Under the pieces are notes generated by a model that worked only from the letters and a program-made list of their open reading frames with translations, did no database searches and was not told the origin of the DNA. The translations under genes were made by a program, and so were the position numbers. A DNA stretch of 64,000 nucleotides from Chloroflexota bacterium. Lineage in GTDB: Bacteria > Chloroflexota > UBA11872 > UBA12225 > JAJDUF01. The DNA lies in the NCBI GenBank assembly GCA_965238265.1, contig OZ250185.1, positions 1,949,255-2,013,254 on the forward strand. The letters are read 5' to 3'. This document shows, in pieces, positions 40,634 through 49,896 of this stretch (position 1 is its first letter; every line of letters begins with the position of its first letter).

Positions 40634-41911
40634 GTGGCAATCCTAGCCATCAACGGCGGTAATCCGGTCCGCACAGCGCCCTGGACACGCTGGCCCCGCG
40701 CCGACGAGCGTGCCCTGGAGTTGGTCACTGCGGTCCTACGCAGCGGGCACTTGAGCGACGATGGGCCGATGGAGCGGCAGTTCGCAGCCGACTTCGCGTC
40801 CTTCTGCATGGCGGCGCACGGGGTCTGCGTGATGAACGGCACCGTCTCGCTGCGCGTAGCGCTCGAAGCCGCGGGCGTGCAGGCGAGAGACGAAGTGATC
40901 GTGCCCGGCCTCACCTGGGTCGCCACGGCCGGCGCGGCCGTGGACATCAACGCCGTCCCGATCTTTGTTGACGTTGATCCCGAGAGCCTGTGCATGGACC
41001 CCGCGGCGGCGGCGGCAGCGATCACGGAACGCACGCGGGCGATCATTCCCGTCCATCTCTCCTGCGCCGTCGCCGACATGGATGCCTTGCTGGAACTGTG
41101 TTGTGGGCACAACAGGTTGCGCCCCGACGATGAGCGGATTTGGCTGATTGAAGATTGCGCCCACAGTCACGGGGCACAGTGGCGCCGGCCCGATGGCAGC
41201 GTGCGGGGCACGGGTTCGATGGGGGACTTCGGCTCGTTCAGCTTCCAGTCCAGCAAGGCCCTTTCGACCGGTGACGGGGGCATTATCCTGACCTCGGACG
41301 AGGAGTTAGCCGACCGCTGCTGGTCGCTTCGCAATGTCGGCCGGCCGCGCCGCCCCGGCCAGACACCGGGCTACGGGAACAACTACCGGCTCACCGAATT
41401 ACAAGCGGCAGTGCTGCGAGCGGGCCTCGAACGGCTGCCGGCCGAGATGGCGCACCGACAGCGGAACGCCGACTATCTCACCCGCGGTCTAGCCGACCTG
41501 CCGGGCCTCCGGTCCCTCGCCCGCGACCCGCGGCTGGTCCGTCAAGCATTCTACGGCTACATCATTCGCTATGACGCCGAGGTGTTCTGTGGCGTGCCCA
41601 AGGCGACGTTCCTGAGCGCGCTCAAGGCCGAGGGCATCTTCTGCGCCCCCGGCTACCTGCCGGTCTACGAGCAAGAGCTGTGGCAGATTGACCGCCGCCG
41701 CTTTCCCTTTGCCAGTCGGTACGATCCGGCAGCGGACGATTACGACCCACCGCACTGCCCGGTAGCGGAGCAAGCGTCGCACAACGAGGTCATCGCGCTA
41801 CCGCAGCCATTGCTGCTCGGCTCACAGCCTGATATGGATGATGTGCTCGCGGCCCTGACCAAGCTGGTCGAGCACCGTGCGGAGCTGGTCAGCGCAGCGG
41901 CGGCGGCCTAA
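40634..41911 (+). CDS. DegT/DnrJ/EryC1/StrS-family PLP-dependent sugar aminotransferase
   Basis: The fold-type I aminotransferase core is present with a PLP-lysine region (FSFQSSKALSTGDGG). The gene has a GTG start preceded by GGAGG. Confidence 0.85.
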   Translation: MAILAINGGNPVRTAPWTRWPRADERALELVTAVLRSGHLSDDGPMERQFAADFASFCMAAHGVCVMNGTVSLRVALEAAGVQARDEVIVPGLTWVATAGAAVDINAVPIFVDVDPESLCMDPAAAAAAITERTRAIIPVHLSCAVADMDALLELCCGHNRLRPDDERIWLIEDCAHSHGAQWRRPDGSVRGTGSMGDFGSFSFQSSKALSTGDGGIILTSDEELADRCWSLRNVGRPRRPGQTPGYGNNYRLTELQAAVLRAGLERLPAEMAHRQRNADYLTRGLADLPGLRSLARDPRLVRQAFYGYIIRYDAEVFCGVPKATFLSALKAEGIFCAPGYLPVYEQELWQIDRRRFPFASRYDPAADDYDPPHCPVAEQASHNEVIALPQPLLLGSQPDMDDVLAALTKLVEHRAELVSAAAAA

Positions 41912-42018
41912 CCGCCGGCCACTTTGCTCCTCACATCCCGGCCCCTCTCCACTTGTGGAGAGGGGGAGTCCGCTGCAAGCGGGCGGGGTGAGGAGCGCCC
42001 CGACACGGCACGACGCCG

Positions 42019-44376
42019 ATGACAGCCACGAACGACCAAGGAACGCCTCCGGGTGCCGTACCCGAGTTCGAGGCAGTCGCGGTGGCCGTGGCCGCGTCCT
42101 GGTCCCACGACCCGCCGCGCTTCACCTATACCGTGCCGGAGCACCTGCAAGGGCGCCTCCGGCCGGGCCATCTCGTGACGGTGCCGTTCGGGGAGCGTAC
42201 CACCTACGGCCTCGTCACCGCGCCCGTGACGGAGCGGCCCGACTTCGCGCTCCGCGACGTAGAGCGCCTGCTGCACCCGGCACCGCTCGTATCCCCTACC
42301 TACCTGGCCCTGGCCAACTGGCTAGCAGACACCTACGTTGCGCCCGCGTTCAGTGCCGCCCGGCTCATGCTACCGCCCGGCTTGGAAACCTGGCTGCATC
42401 GCTTGCTTGATGTTGAAAACGGTAAAGCCTCGCGCCTCGTGCTGCTGCCCGATGTGGAAACCTGGCTGCATCGGGTCTTGATGGTCACTGACCAAGCCCC
42501 CGACCAGGCGAGCAATCGCTGGCGCGAGGCACACCGTCGCTGGTTCGAGTTACTGCGCCGCGGCCGTCCGGTGCGGTGGCAGCGGGCCTGCGCCGTTGTC
42601 GGCAGTGCGGCTGCGCGCCGCCTGTACCGTCACTGGGCCGAGCGCGGCTGGCTAGTCAGCACATACGAAGTTGTCCTCCCATCGCTACTCGACGATAGCC
42701 TCGACCGGCGAGCGAGCGGCGAGATGACTGCCGCGGCCCCCTTCCCGGTCATGCCAAAGGGCGATAGCCACGAGGTCAGCGTGCTCCACGCCGCGCTGCC
42801 GCAGACCCGGTTCGTGTACTACCGGACGCTGATTCGCAGCTGTGTCGAAGCTGGGCAGCAGGCCCTCTTGCTCGTCCCGGACCGCCGGCAGATCACCCCG
42901 GCGCTCGACCGGCTTCAACTCGACGATCTCCGCGTAGCAACCTGGCATGGGCAGCAAGGGCAGAAGGAGCGCTTGGAGCACTGGGCGCGTGCCCAGTCCG
43001 GGACACTCGACCTCGTTGTAGGGCTGCGGTCGGCGCTCTTCGCACCTTTGTCGCGGCTTGGTGTCATCATCGTCGAGCAGGAGCATGACGACTCCTACGC
43101 CTACAAGAGCGAATCGCCGCGTTACCGCGCTTCGACGGTAGCCGTAGAGCTAGGCCGGCTGACCGGCGCCCGCGTCGTCCTGGGGAGTGCCACCCCGGAT
43201 GCTGCCACCTACTTGCAGGGGCGCCGGGGGGTGTGGACGCTCGACCAGCCGCCGGAAAGGGACACACCGCGGTCTGTCGAGATCGTTGACCTGCGCCGCG
43301 AGCGCACGGTAGGCCGGCGCGAGCTGTTGAGCCGCGCGTTGCACCAGGCGCTCGGCGCAACGCTGTCGTCCGGCGAACGCGCCATCCTCCTGCTGACCCG
43401 CCGCGGGGCCGCCCACTCGCTGCGCTGCCGCGATTGCGCTTACGTCCTGCGCTGTCCGCGTTGCGCGACGCCGGCGGCGGTCCACGGGGAGCGTTCGCCC
43501 GCCAGGGGGCGTCTGCTATGCCACTACTGCGGTTCGGCCTTGCAAATCCCGGCCCTCTGTCCCCAGTGTGGCGGTACGCGGCTGCGGGCGCAGGGGCCGG
43601 GCACCCAAGGGCTGGAGACCGAGCTACGGACCCTGTTTCCGCGCACGACGGTCTTTCGCTGGGATGCCGATACCGTCTGGCCGCCAGGTGGGCCGGCTCA
43701 GGTATTGGCGGCCTTTGCCCGCGGGGACATTGCCGTCTTGGTCGGTACCCAGGGTCTCCTGCGGATGCCGGGCCGCGTCGCCGCGCCGCTGGTGGGGGTC
43801 GTTGACGCGGATACCGGGCTGCACCTACCCGACTTCCGCGCGGCCGAGCACGTCTTCCGCAGCCTGCTGGGCGCTGCCGCCCTAGCGGAAGGCACGAATA
43901 CCCGGCCGGGCCGGGTGCTCGTGCAGACGCGCGAGCCACAGCACTACTGCCTTCGCGCCTTCTTGCTCCCGCGGCGAGCGCCGTCCGGCCCCGGCGCTGC
44001 CCTTGACCCCGACGACCTCCGCGCTGCCTATGCCCGCTTCATGGCGGCCGACGCCGTTGATCGGCGGGAGCTGGGGTATCCGCCGTATGGCGTCTTGTGG
44101 CGGCTGCTGTATCTGCATCGGTTGGACACTACGGCCGAGCGGGAGGCGACGCGCTGCGCGACTACCCTGCGAAACGCCGCCGCGGAGCAATCTACTCCCG
44201 CTGCCGCCACAGACGAAGTGGAGGTCATCGGCCCGGCGCCAGCGTACATTCGCCGCCTGCGTGACCGCGCGCGCTGGCACGTGCTGTTGCGCGGGCCACG
44301 CCACCGGCTGGCCGAGCTAGTGGCCCACGTGCCTCGTGGCTGGACCATAGACACTGATCCGACCACCCTGCTATGA
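42019..44376 (+). CDS. priA: primosomal protein N' (PriA) homologue with degenerate ATPase motifs
   Basis: The N-terminal 3'-end-binding domain and the PriA Cys-rich zinc-binding region (CRDCAYVLRCPRCATPA ... CHYCGS ... CPQCGG) are present. The Walker A position reads LHAALPQTRF instead of GxGKT, and Walker B reads VEQEH instead of DEEH. Confidence 0.85.
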   Translation: MTATNDQGTPPGAVPEFEAVAVAVAASWSHDPPRFTYTVPEHLQGRLRPGHLVTVPFGERTTYGLVTAPVTERPDFALRDVERLLHPAPLVSPTYLALANWLADTYVAPAFSAARLMLPPGLETWLHRLLDVENGKASRLVLLPDVETWLHRVLMVTDQAPDQASNRWREAHRRWFELLRRGRPVRWQRACAVVGSAAARRLYRHWAERGWLVSTYEVVLPSLLDDSLDRRASGEMTAAAPFPVMPKGDSHEVSVLHAALPQTRFVYYRTLIRSCVEAGQQALLLVPDRRQITPALDRLQLDDLRVATWHGQQGQKERLEHWARAQSGTLDLVVGLRSALFAPLSRLGVIIVEQEHDDSYAYKSESPRYRASTVAVELGRLTGARVVLGSATPDAATYLQGRRGVWTLDQPPERDTPRSVEIVDLRRERTVGRRELLSRALHQALGATLSSGERAILLLTRRGAAHSLRCRDCAYVLRCPRCATPAAVHGERSPARGRLLCHYCGSALQIPALCPQCGGTRLRAQGPGTQGLETELRTLFPRTTVFRWDADTVWPPGGPAQVLAAFARGDIAVLVGTQGLLRMPGRVAAPLVGVVDADTGLHLPDFRAAEHVFRSLLGAAALAEGTNTRPGRVLVQTREPQHYCLRAFLLPRRAPSGPGAALDPDDLRAAYARFMAADAVDRRELGYPPYGVLWRLLYLHRLDTTAEREATRCATTLRNAAAEQSTPAAATDEVEVIGPAPAYIRRLRDRARWHVLLRGPRHRLAELVAHVPRGWTIDTDPTTLL

Positions 44377-44458
44377 TCTTCCGCGTTGCCCAGGCGACCG
44401 GGCAATGTCAACAGAGTCTAGTACCCGATCTCCCAGTGGCTAATCTAGGGCAAGCGCT

Positions 44459-45091
44459 ATGGCAATCCGACCGATCCTGAACGAAGGCCATCCACTGCTG
44501 CGCCAAAAGGCGAAAAAAGTACGCCGCATTGACCCATCTATGCGGCGCCTGGTTGACGATATGTTCGACACGATGCACGAGGCGGACGGTCTCGGTCTGG
44601 CCGCGCCGCAGGTCGGCGTGCCCTTGCGGCTCATCGTGATCGAGCATGAAGGCGAGCGCTACGTCCTGTTCAACCCGGAGATTACCCGTCAGCGTGGCAC
44701 GGTGGCTGATGATGAAGGCTGCCTGAGCCTGCCGCGGTGGTTCGGTCCGGTCGTCCGCAGCGAGCACGTCACCGTCAAGGGGCGTGACCACACGGGCAAA
44801 GCCGTCCGCCTCAAGCTGGAGGGCCTCCTGGCGCGCGCGATGCAGCACGAAGTGGACCACCTCGACGGCATGCTGTTCGTGGATCGGGTCGAGGACCGTG
44901 CCCAGCTACGCTACGTGGACCCAGCGCAGGAAACCGGCCCGCAGTCCCCGGCTACCCATGCTACCGGCGCTGCGGATGGAGTAGCCGGCGATCAGCCGCC
45001 CGCTCGCGCTTCCGAGCAGCAGGAGAGCGCCGACGACCCGGACGGCACAGCGCCCTCGGACGAGCCGGATCAGCAAGCGGCCGCGTCGTAG
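44459..45091 (+). CDS. def: peptide deformylase, with a roughly 45-aa acidic C-terminal extension
   Basis: Motif 1 (GLAAPQVG), motif 2 (EGCLSLP) and motif 3 (HEVDHLDG) are all present. Confidence 0.95.
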   Translation: MAIRPILNEGHPLLRQKAKKVRRIDPSMRRLVDDMFDTMHEADGLGLAAPQVGVPLRLIVIEHEGERYVLFNPEITRQRGTVADDEGCLSLPRWFGPVVRSEHVTVKGRDHTGKAVRLKLEGLLARAMQHEVDHLDGMLFVDRVEDRAQLRYVDPAQETGPQSPATHATGAADGVAGDQPPARASEQQESADDPDGTAPSDEPDQQAAAS

Positions 45092-45216
45092 CGCGCCGCG
45101 CCTCACCCCCTGGCCCTTCCCCTGACCAGGGTAGGTGCGGGCGGCATCGTAGGGGCGTCCCTTGTGGGCGCCCTCATCCCGGCCCTCTCCCGCTGGGAAA
45201 GGGGGAGGCCGCCGGA

Positions 45217-46275
45217 GTGGGGCGGGGATGCGGCAAAGCCGTCACCGGAGGAGAAAGAAACTTGCTGACTACGGCGACACCGGCACCGCCGCCGAGCCGC
45301 CCGGCTCGGGCTGTCTTCATGGGCACGCCCGACTTCGCCGCCGTCATCTTGCGGCGCCTGCTGCAACGGCCGGACCTGGTGACGGTGGCAGCAGCGGTTA
45401 CTCAGCCGGATCGCCCGGCCGGGCGGGGACGTCGTCTTGAGCAACCGCCGGTGAAAGTGGAGGCGGCGCGCGCTGGCGTCGAGGTGGTCCAGCCCGTGAG
45501 TGTCCGCCGCCCACGGTTTGCGGAGTGGCTACAACGCTTGGCGCCCGACCTGCTGCTTGTAGCGGCGTATGGGAAGATTCTGCCGCCGGCAGTCCTGGCG
45601 ATACCGCCGCGCGGTGCGCTCAACGTGCATGCGTCGCTCTTGCCCCGCCATCGCGGTGCCTCACCGGTGAGTGCTGCCCTGCTCGCCGGCGACACAGTGA
45701 CCGGCGTCTCGCTCATGCTCATGAACGAGACGATGGATGCCGGCCCGGTCCTGGCCACGGCCGCAGAGCCGATTGCTCCCGATGACACCACCGAGACGCT
45801 GACGGCCCGGTGGTCCTCGCTGGGCGCTACGCTGCTCCTCGACACCCTCCCGCCGTGGCTTGCCGGCGCGGTGACGGCACAGCCGCAGGACAGCGGCCAA
45901 GCCACCTACTGCCGCCCCCTGCGGCGCGATGATGGCCGGCTGCTCTGGGACGAGCCGGCCGAGCACCTAGCCCGCCAGGTGCGGGCAATGATCCCGTGGC
46001 CCGGCGCCTACACCTATTGGGCCAAGCGCCAGCTCAAGGTGTGGGTGGCCCGGGCGCTCCCTATGGATGTCGACAGCCCAACGCCGCCCGTGCCCGGCAC
46101 GGTCGTCGAGCAGGGCCGCAGACCGGCGGTGGTGTGTGGCGAGGGCCTCCTAGCCCTGGACCAGGTGCAACTCGCCGGACGGTGCCGGATGGCCGCAGCA
46201 GACTTCCTCCGTGGACAGCGTGCCTTTGTCGGGGCACGGCTCTCCGCCAGCGACCCCAGCTCATTGCAGCGGTAG
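45217..46275 (+). CDS. fmt: methionyl-tRNA formyltransferase
   Basis: FMGTPDFAA is followed by the formyltransferase core (NVHASLLPRHRGASP). The true start is uncertain: the ATG at 45217 gives a 34-aa leader before FMGTP. Confidence 0.85.
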   Translation: MGRGCGKAVTGGERNLLTTATPAPPPSRPARAVFMGTPDFAAVILRRLLQRPDLVTVAAAVTQPDRPAGRGRRLEQPPVKVEAARAGVEVVQPVSVRRPRFAEWLQRLAPDLLLVAAYGKILPPAVLAIPPRGALNVHASLLPRHRGASPVSAALLAGDTVTGVSLMLMNETMDAGPVLATAAEPIAPDDTTETLTARWSSLGATLLLDTLPPWLAGAVTAQPQDSGQATYCRPLRRDDGRLLWDEPAEHLARQVRAMIPWPGAYTYWAKRQLKVWVARALPMDVDSPTPPVPGTVVEQGRRPAVVCGEGLLALDQVQLAGRCRMAAADFLRGQRAFVGARLSASDPSSLQR

Positions 46276-46817
46276 GGGGGGGCCATGACTCCCCTTCCCT
46301 GCCAGGGAAGGGGTCGGGGGTTAGGTGCAGTACGGCTTATCCCTACTTGACGCCGAGCGCCGGTTCGTCTTGCCAGGTCGGCGCGACGTGAACAGTAGCG
46401 CCGGGTGTCGGGGGCTGCCGGCGGCCCGCGTGCGTCGTAGTGCGTATGGGTGGGCGAGCGGTGGGGTGTCACGGTCAGGTAATACACCGCCGGCTCGTCA
46501 CCGGCGCAGCTGACGCGGTGCTTTTCGTGTGGCCAGGCAACGACGGCCTGACCGGCCGTGGCGATCACCGTCTCGTCCTCGATCTCGAAGCGTACCGCGC
46601 CTGAGCGCAGCTGACCGGTGCTTTTCGTGTGGCCCAAGACGACCCACACCTCGATGCCGCCGGATTCTTCGTGGCTGTGGAAGCTCCCTAGCTCCGCGCC
46701 CGGTTCGGTGCGAATGAACCGCGCCCGCACCTCGGGGACGGCCACGGCCGTGCCCATCGGGTCATCGCGCCAATCGAACGTTCTGGCTGGCATAGTCGAA
46801 ACTCCTTCCCTCACCAA
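46014..46817 (-). CDS. cupin-domain protein; the 3' boundary is doubtful
   Basis: The first 130 codons form a cupin-like beta-barrel (GIEVWVVLGHT ... VRFEIEDE ... AVYYLTV). The ORF then runs for another 130 low-complexity codons and overlaps the 3' end of fmt by about 260 nt, which suggests a frameshift or an over-extended ORF. Confidence 0.45.
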   Translation of the reverse strand: MVREGVSTMPARTFDWRDDPMGTAVAVPEVRARFIRTEPGAELGSFHSHEESGGIEVWVVLGHTKSTGQLRSGAVRFEIEDETVIATAGQAVVAWPHEKHRVSCAGDEPAVYYLTVTPHRSPTHTHYDARGPPAAPDTRRYCSRRADLARRTGARRQVGISRTAPNPRPLPWQGRGVMAPPYRCNELGSLAESRAPTKARCPRRKSAAAIRHRPASCTWSRARRPSPHTTAGLRPCSTTVPGTGGVGLSTSIGSARATHTLSWRLAQ

Positions 46818-46857
46818 AACCCATCCCTACTACGTCAGGACGCAACATGTTGCGCTG

Positions 46858-48280
46858 CTACATATGGATGGCGCGCCCCTCGGTCGCCAGGGCGGCTTCC
46901 TTGACCACCTCGCTCAATGTTGGATGCGCGTGGACCAGGCGACCTAGCTCGTTCGTCGTGCCTTCGAGGAGCTGCACGGCGCCGACCTCGGCCAGTAGCT
47001 CCGTGGCCTCGGGGCCAATGAGGTGCGCCCCCAAGACCTCGCCATACTGCGCATCGGCTACGATCTGGGCAAAGCCATTGTGGTCGCCCAGCGCCAGCGC
47101 CTTGCCCGATGCCTGGAGCGGGAACGTGCCGACCTGCACCTCGTATCCCTGCTCGCGTGCTTGCGCCGCGGTGAGGCCCAGGCTGGCGATTTGCGGATGG
47201 GTGTAGACCGGCTTGGGCATGTTGACGTAATTGAGCGGCTCGGGTGCCTCGCCGGTAATCACCTCGACGGCGATTTCGCCCATGGCCATGGCCACGTGGG
47301 CTAGAGGGAGCTTCCCCGTCACGTCGCCGATAGCGTAGATTCCGGGGACATTCGTGGCCATCCGGTCGTCAACCGTGATCCAGCCGCGGTCGAGCTGCAC
47401 ACCAACCTCTTCCAGGCCGATGTTTTCCGTGTTGGGGCGGACACTCAGCGCCACAATCGCGCGATCAGCGGTCAGCTCGCGGCGTTCGTCGTTTTGGGTG
47501 AACACGATCTGCGCTTGGCCAGCAACCGCCTGGACGGACTCCACGCGCGAGCCGGTCTCGACCTTGATGCCCTGCCGTCGGAAGGAGCGCTGCAACGCCT
47601 CCGCGAGCGTAGGCTCCATTTCGGGTAGCAAGTGCGGCTGCATCTCCAGGATCGTCACCTCTGCGCCATACGCGCGGGAGAGGTAGCCAAGCTCGCAGCC
47701 GATGATCCCACCGCCAATCATCACCACGGACTCAGGCAAGGTCTCGGCGACGATGGCCTCCTTGTAGGTCATCACGACCTCGCCGTCAACCTCCATCCCT
47801 GGGAAGACCAGCGGCCGTGCGCCGGTCGCCAGGATCACGTTGCGGGCGGCTAGTTCTTGCTCGCCGTCGTCCGTAGCCACGACGAGGCGGTCGCGGGCTG
47901 CGAGGCGCCCGTTGCCGTACACGAGGTCCACCTTGGCCCGCCGCAGGAGGAATTCGACGCCTTTGGTGAGGCGCCCGACGACCTGGCGGCTGCGGGCTAC
48001 CGCCTGCGCGTAGTCGGTGTGCAGATTGTCCACGACAATGCCAAAATCGTCCGCGTGCTGCAGCGTGGTGAGGATGTCGGCGCCGCGCAACAGGGCCTTC
48101 GACGGGATGCAGCCCACGTTCAGGCAGACGCCGCCCACATATTCACGCTCGACAATCGCGGTGCGTAGTCCCAGCTGCGCTGCCCGTAGCGCGGCGACAT
48201 AGCCGCCGGGACCGGAGCCGAGAATGACCACATCGTAGAGCCTGCCCCTGGCCTGACCAGGGGGATCGGTATTAGCCACC
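46858..48280 (-). CDS. lpdA: dihydrolipoyl dehydrogenase (E3)
   Basis: The FAD motif (YDVVILGSGPGGY), the redox-active disulfide (GGVCLNVGCIPSK) and the C-terminal HAHPTLSE motif are present. The start position is approximate, because the track ORF runs on into the upstream repeat region. Confidence 0.9.
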
Positions 48281-48289
48281 GTGCTTACT

Positions 48290-48540
48290 CTTCCTTTCTC
48301 ACCAGGGCTGCTGGTAGGGACGCAGCACGCTGCGCCCTGACGCATGACCCGGCGGTCGCCCCCTTCCCCAGCGGGAGAGGGCTAGGGTAGGGATGAGACA
48401 GGTTGGACCTAACCCCCGGCCCCTTCCCTCCAGGGAAGGGGAGTCCGCGCAACGATCAGCCGCCCCTTCCCTTCAGGGAGGGGGTTGGGAGTAGGTGCGC
48501 CTCTCCACACGAAAACCTGCCCCTATGAGCTCTTTATCCT
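48290..48540. repeat. intergenic cluster, about 250 bp, of GC-rich hairpin modules (gcgcagcacgctgcgc; cccttccccagcgggagaggg; ccccttccctccagggaagggg; cccttcccttcagggagggg; cctctccacacgaaaacc)
   Basis: Seen directly. Related modules occur at 39490-39600, 41930-41990, 45095-45215 and 46270-46330. Confidence 0.7.
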
Positions 48541-48558
48541 CTCGTGTGCCGGCCCTGG

Positions 48559-49830
48559 TCAGGCCGGCGTCCGGGGGAGGCCTAAGTCGAGGAGCAGCAA
48601 CGGGTTCTCCATGATCCGCTTCAGCTCGACCAGGAACGCCACGGCGTTCGCTCCGTCGCCGACACGGTGGTCAACTGACAGCGTTACGCGCATGATGTCG
48701 GCGATAACGATCTCATCAGCGCGGACCACCGGCTGACGAATGGCCGCGGCGACCGCCAGGATGGCCGCCTGGGGCGGGTTGATGATCGCGGAGAACTCCT
48801 CTACGTCCCGCGTCAAGGCGCCCATATTGCTGATGGTAAAGGTGCCGCCCTCGAAGTCCTCGGGCCGATTACGGCCGCCGCGCGTGCGCTCGATAAGCGC
48901 CTTCGTCTCGGCGGCAAGCTGATAGACCGACTTGGTATCAGTGTCATGCACAATGGGTACCACCAACCCGTCGTCGAGCGACACGGCTACCCCCACATGC
49001 ACGCGCCGGAACCGGCGCACTTTGCCGTCTATGAACCAGGCGTTGAGGTCAGGGACGTTGCGGAGCGTGCGTGCGACCCCGGCGATAACCATGTCGTTGA
49101 GTGAGGGCTGTGCTGCCTCATCCGGCGCCAGCGCCGCCAGCTGCTTTCGCAGCGCCAGGACGGCGCCCATGTCAATCGGCACCGTCACGTAGAAATGCGG
49201 CGCCCCCGGCTTGCTGAGTGTCATGGCACGGGCAATCGCGGCCCGCATCCTGTTCAGCTCGATGTCGGCGTACTCGGGTCCTGCGGCCTCGGCCGGGACC
49301 ACCGCTGGTGCAGCGGGTGCCGCTGCCCGCGCGGCCTCAATGTCGCGGCGCTCGATCCGCCCCAGCGGGCCACTGCCGGTGATACGCGCTAGATCGAGGC
49401 CATGCTCGGCCGCGAGCCGCCGCGCCAACGGTGAGGCGCGCACGCGACCGGCCGGCGCTGCCGGGGCCGCCTCCGGGGCCGGCGCCTCAACCGCCGCGCC
49501 ATTGCTCGCGGGGGCCTCTGCGGGGGCGGCTGTCTCTGGGGCCGGCGCCGCGCCGATCTTGATGTTCAGCGCCGCCAAGTCTACGGCCTCGCCCGGCTGG
49601 GCGACGACAGCGATGGCTTGCCCCACCGGGACTTCCTCGCCCTCCTGCGCGACTATCGTATGCAGGATGCCATCGTCGAAGTTCTCGACTTCGATGGTGA
49701 CTTTCTCCGTCTCGATTTCCGCGACCTTCTCGCCGCGCGTGACCGCGTCACCCTCCTGCTTGAGCCAGCGGACAATCTTGCCCTGCTCCATGTCAAAGCC
49801 CATCTTGGGCATCATCAGGGTTTTGGCCAT
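48559..49830 (-). CDS. dihydrolipoamide acyltransferase (E2) of a 2-oxoacid (pyruvate) dehydrogenase complex
   Basis: The lipoyl domain (IETEKVTIEVE), the E3-binding domain and the catalytic motif (DHRVGDGA) are present. Confidence 0.9.
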   Translation of the reverse strand: MAKTLMMPKMGFDMEQGKIVRWLKQEGDAVTRGEKVAEIETEKVTIEVENFDDGILHTIVAQEGEEVPVGQAIAVVAQPGEAVDLAALNIKIGAAPAPETAAPAEAPASNGAAVEAPAPEAAPAAPAGRVRASPLARRLAAEHGLDLARITGSGPLGRIERRDIEAARAAAPAAPAVVPAEAAGPEYADIELNRMRAAIARAMTLSKPGAPHFYVTVPIDMGAVLALRKQLAALAPDEAAQPSLNDMVIAGVARTLRNVPDLNAWFIDGKVRRFRRVHVGVAVSLDDGLVVPIVHDTDTKSVYQLAAETKALIERTRGGRNRPEDFEGGTFTISNMGALTRDVEEFSAIINPPQAAILAVAAAIRQPVVRADEIVIADIMRVTLSVDHRVGDGANAVAFLVELKRIMENPLLLLDLGLPRTPA

Positions 49831-49896
49831 AATAAGTTCTCAGCCCTTAGGAGAAGTTGCCGGTAAACGGTGCATGGTCAACGGTGGAACGGTGCG

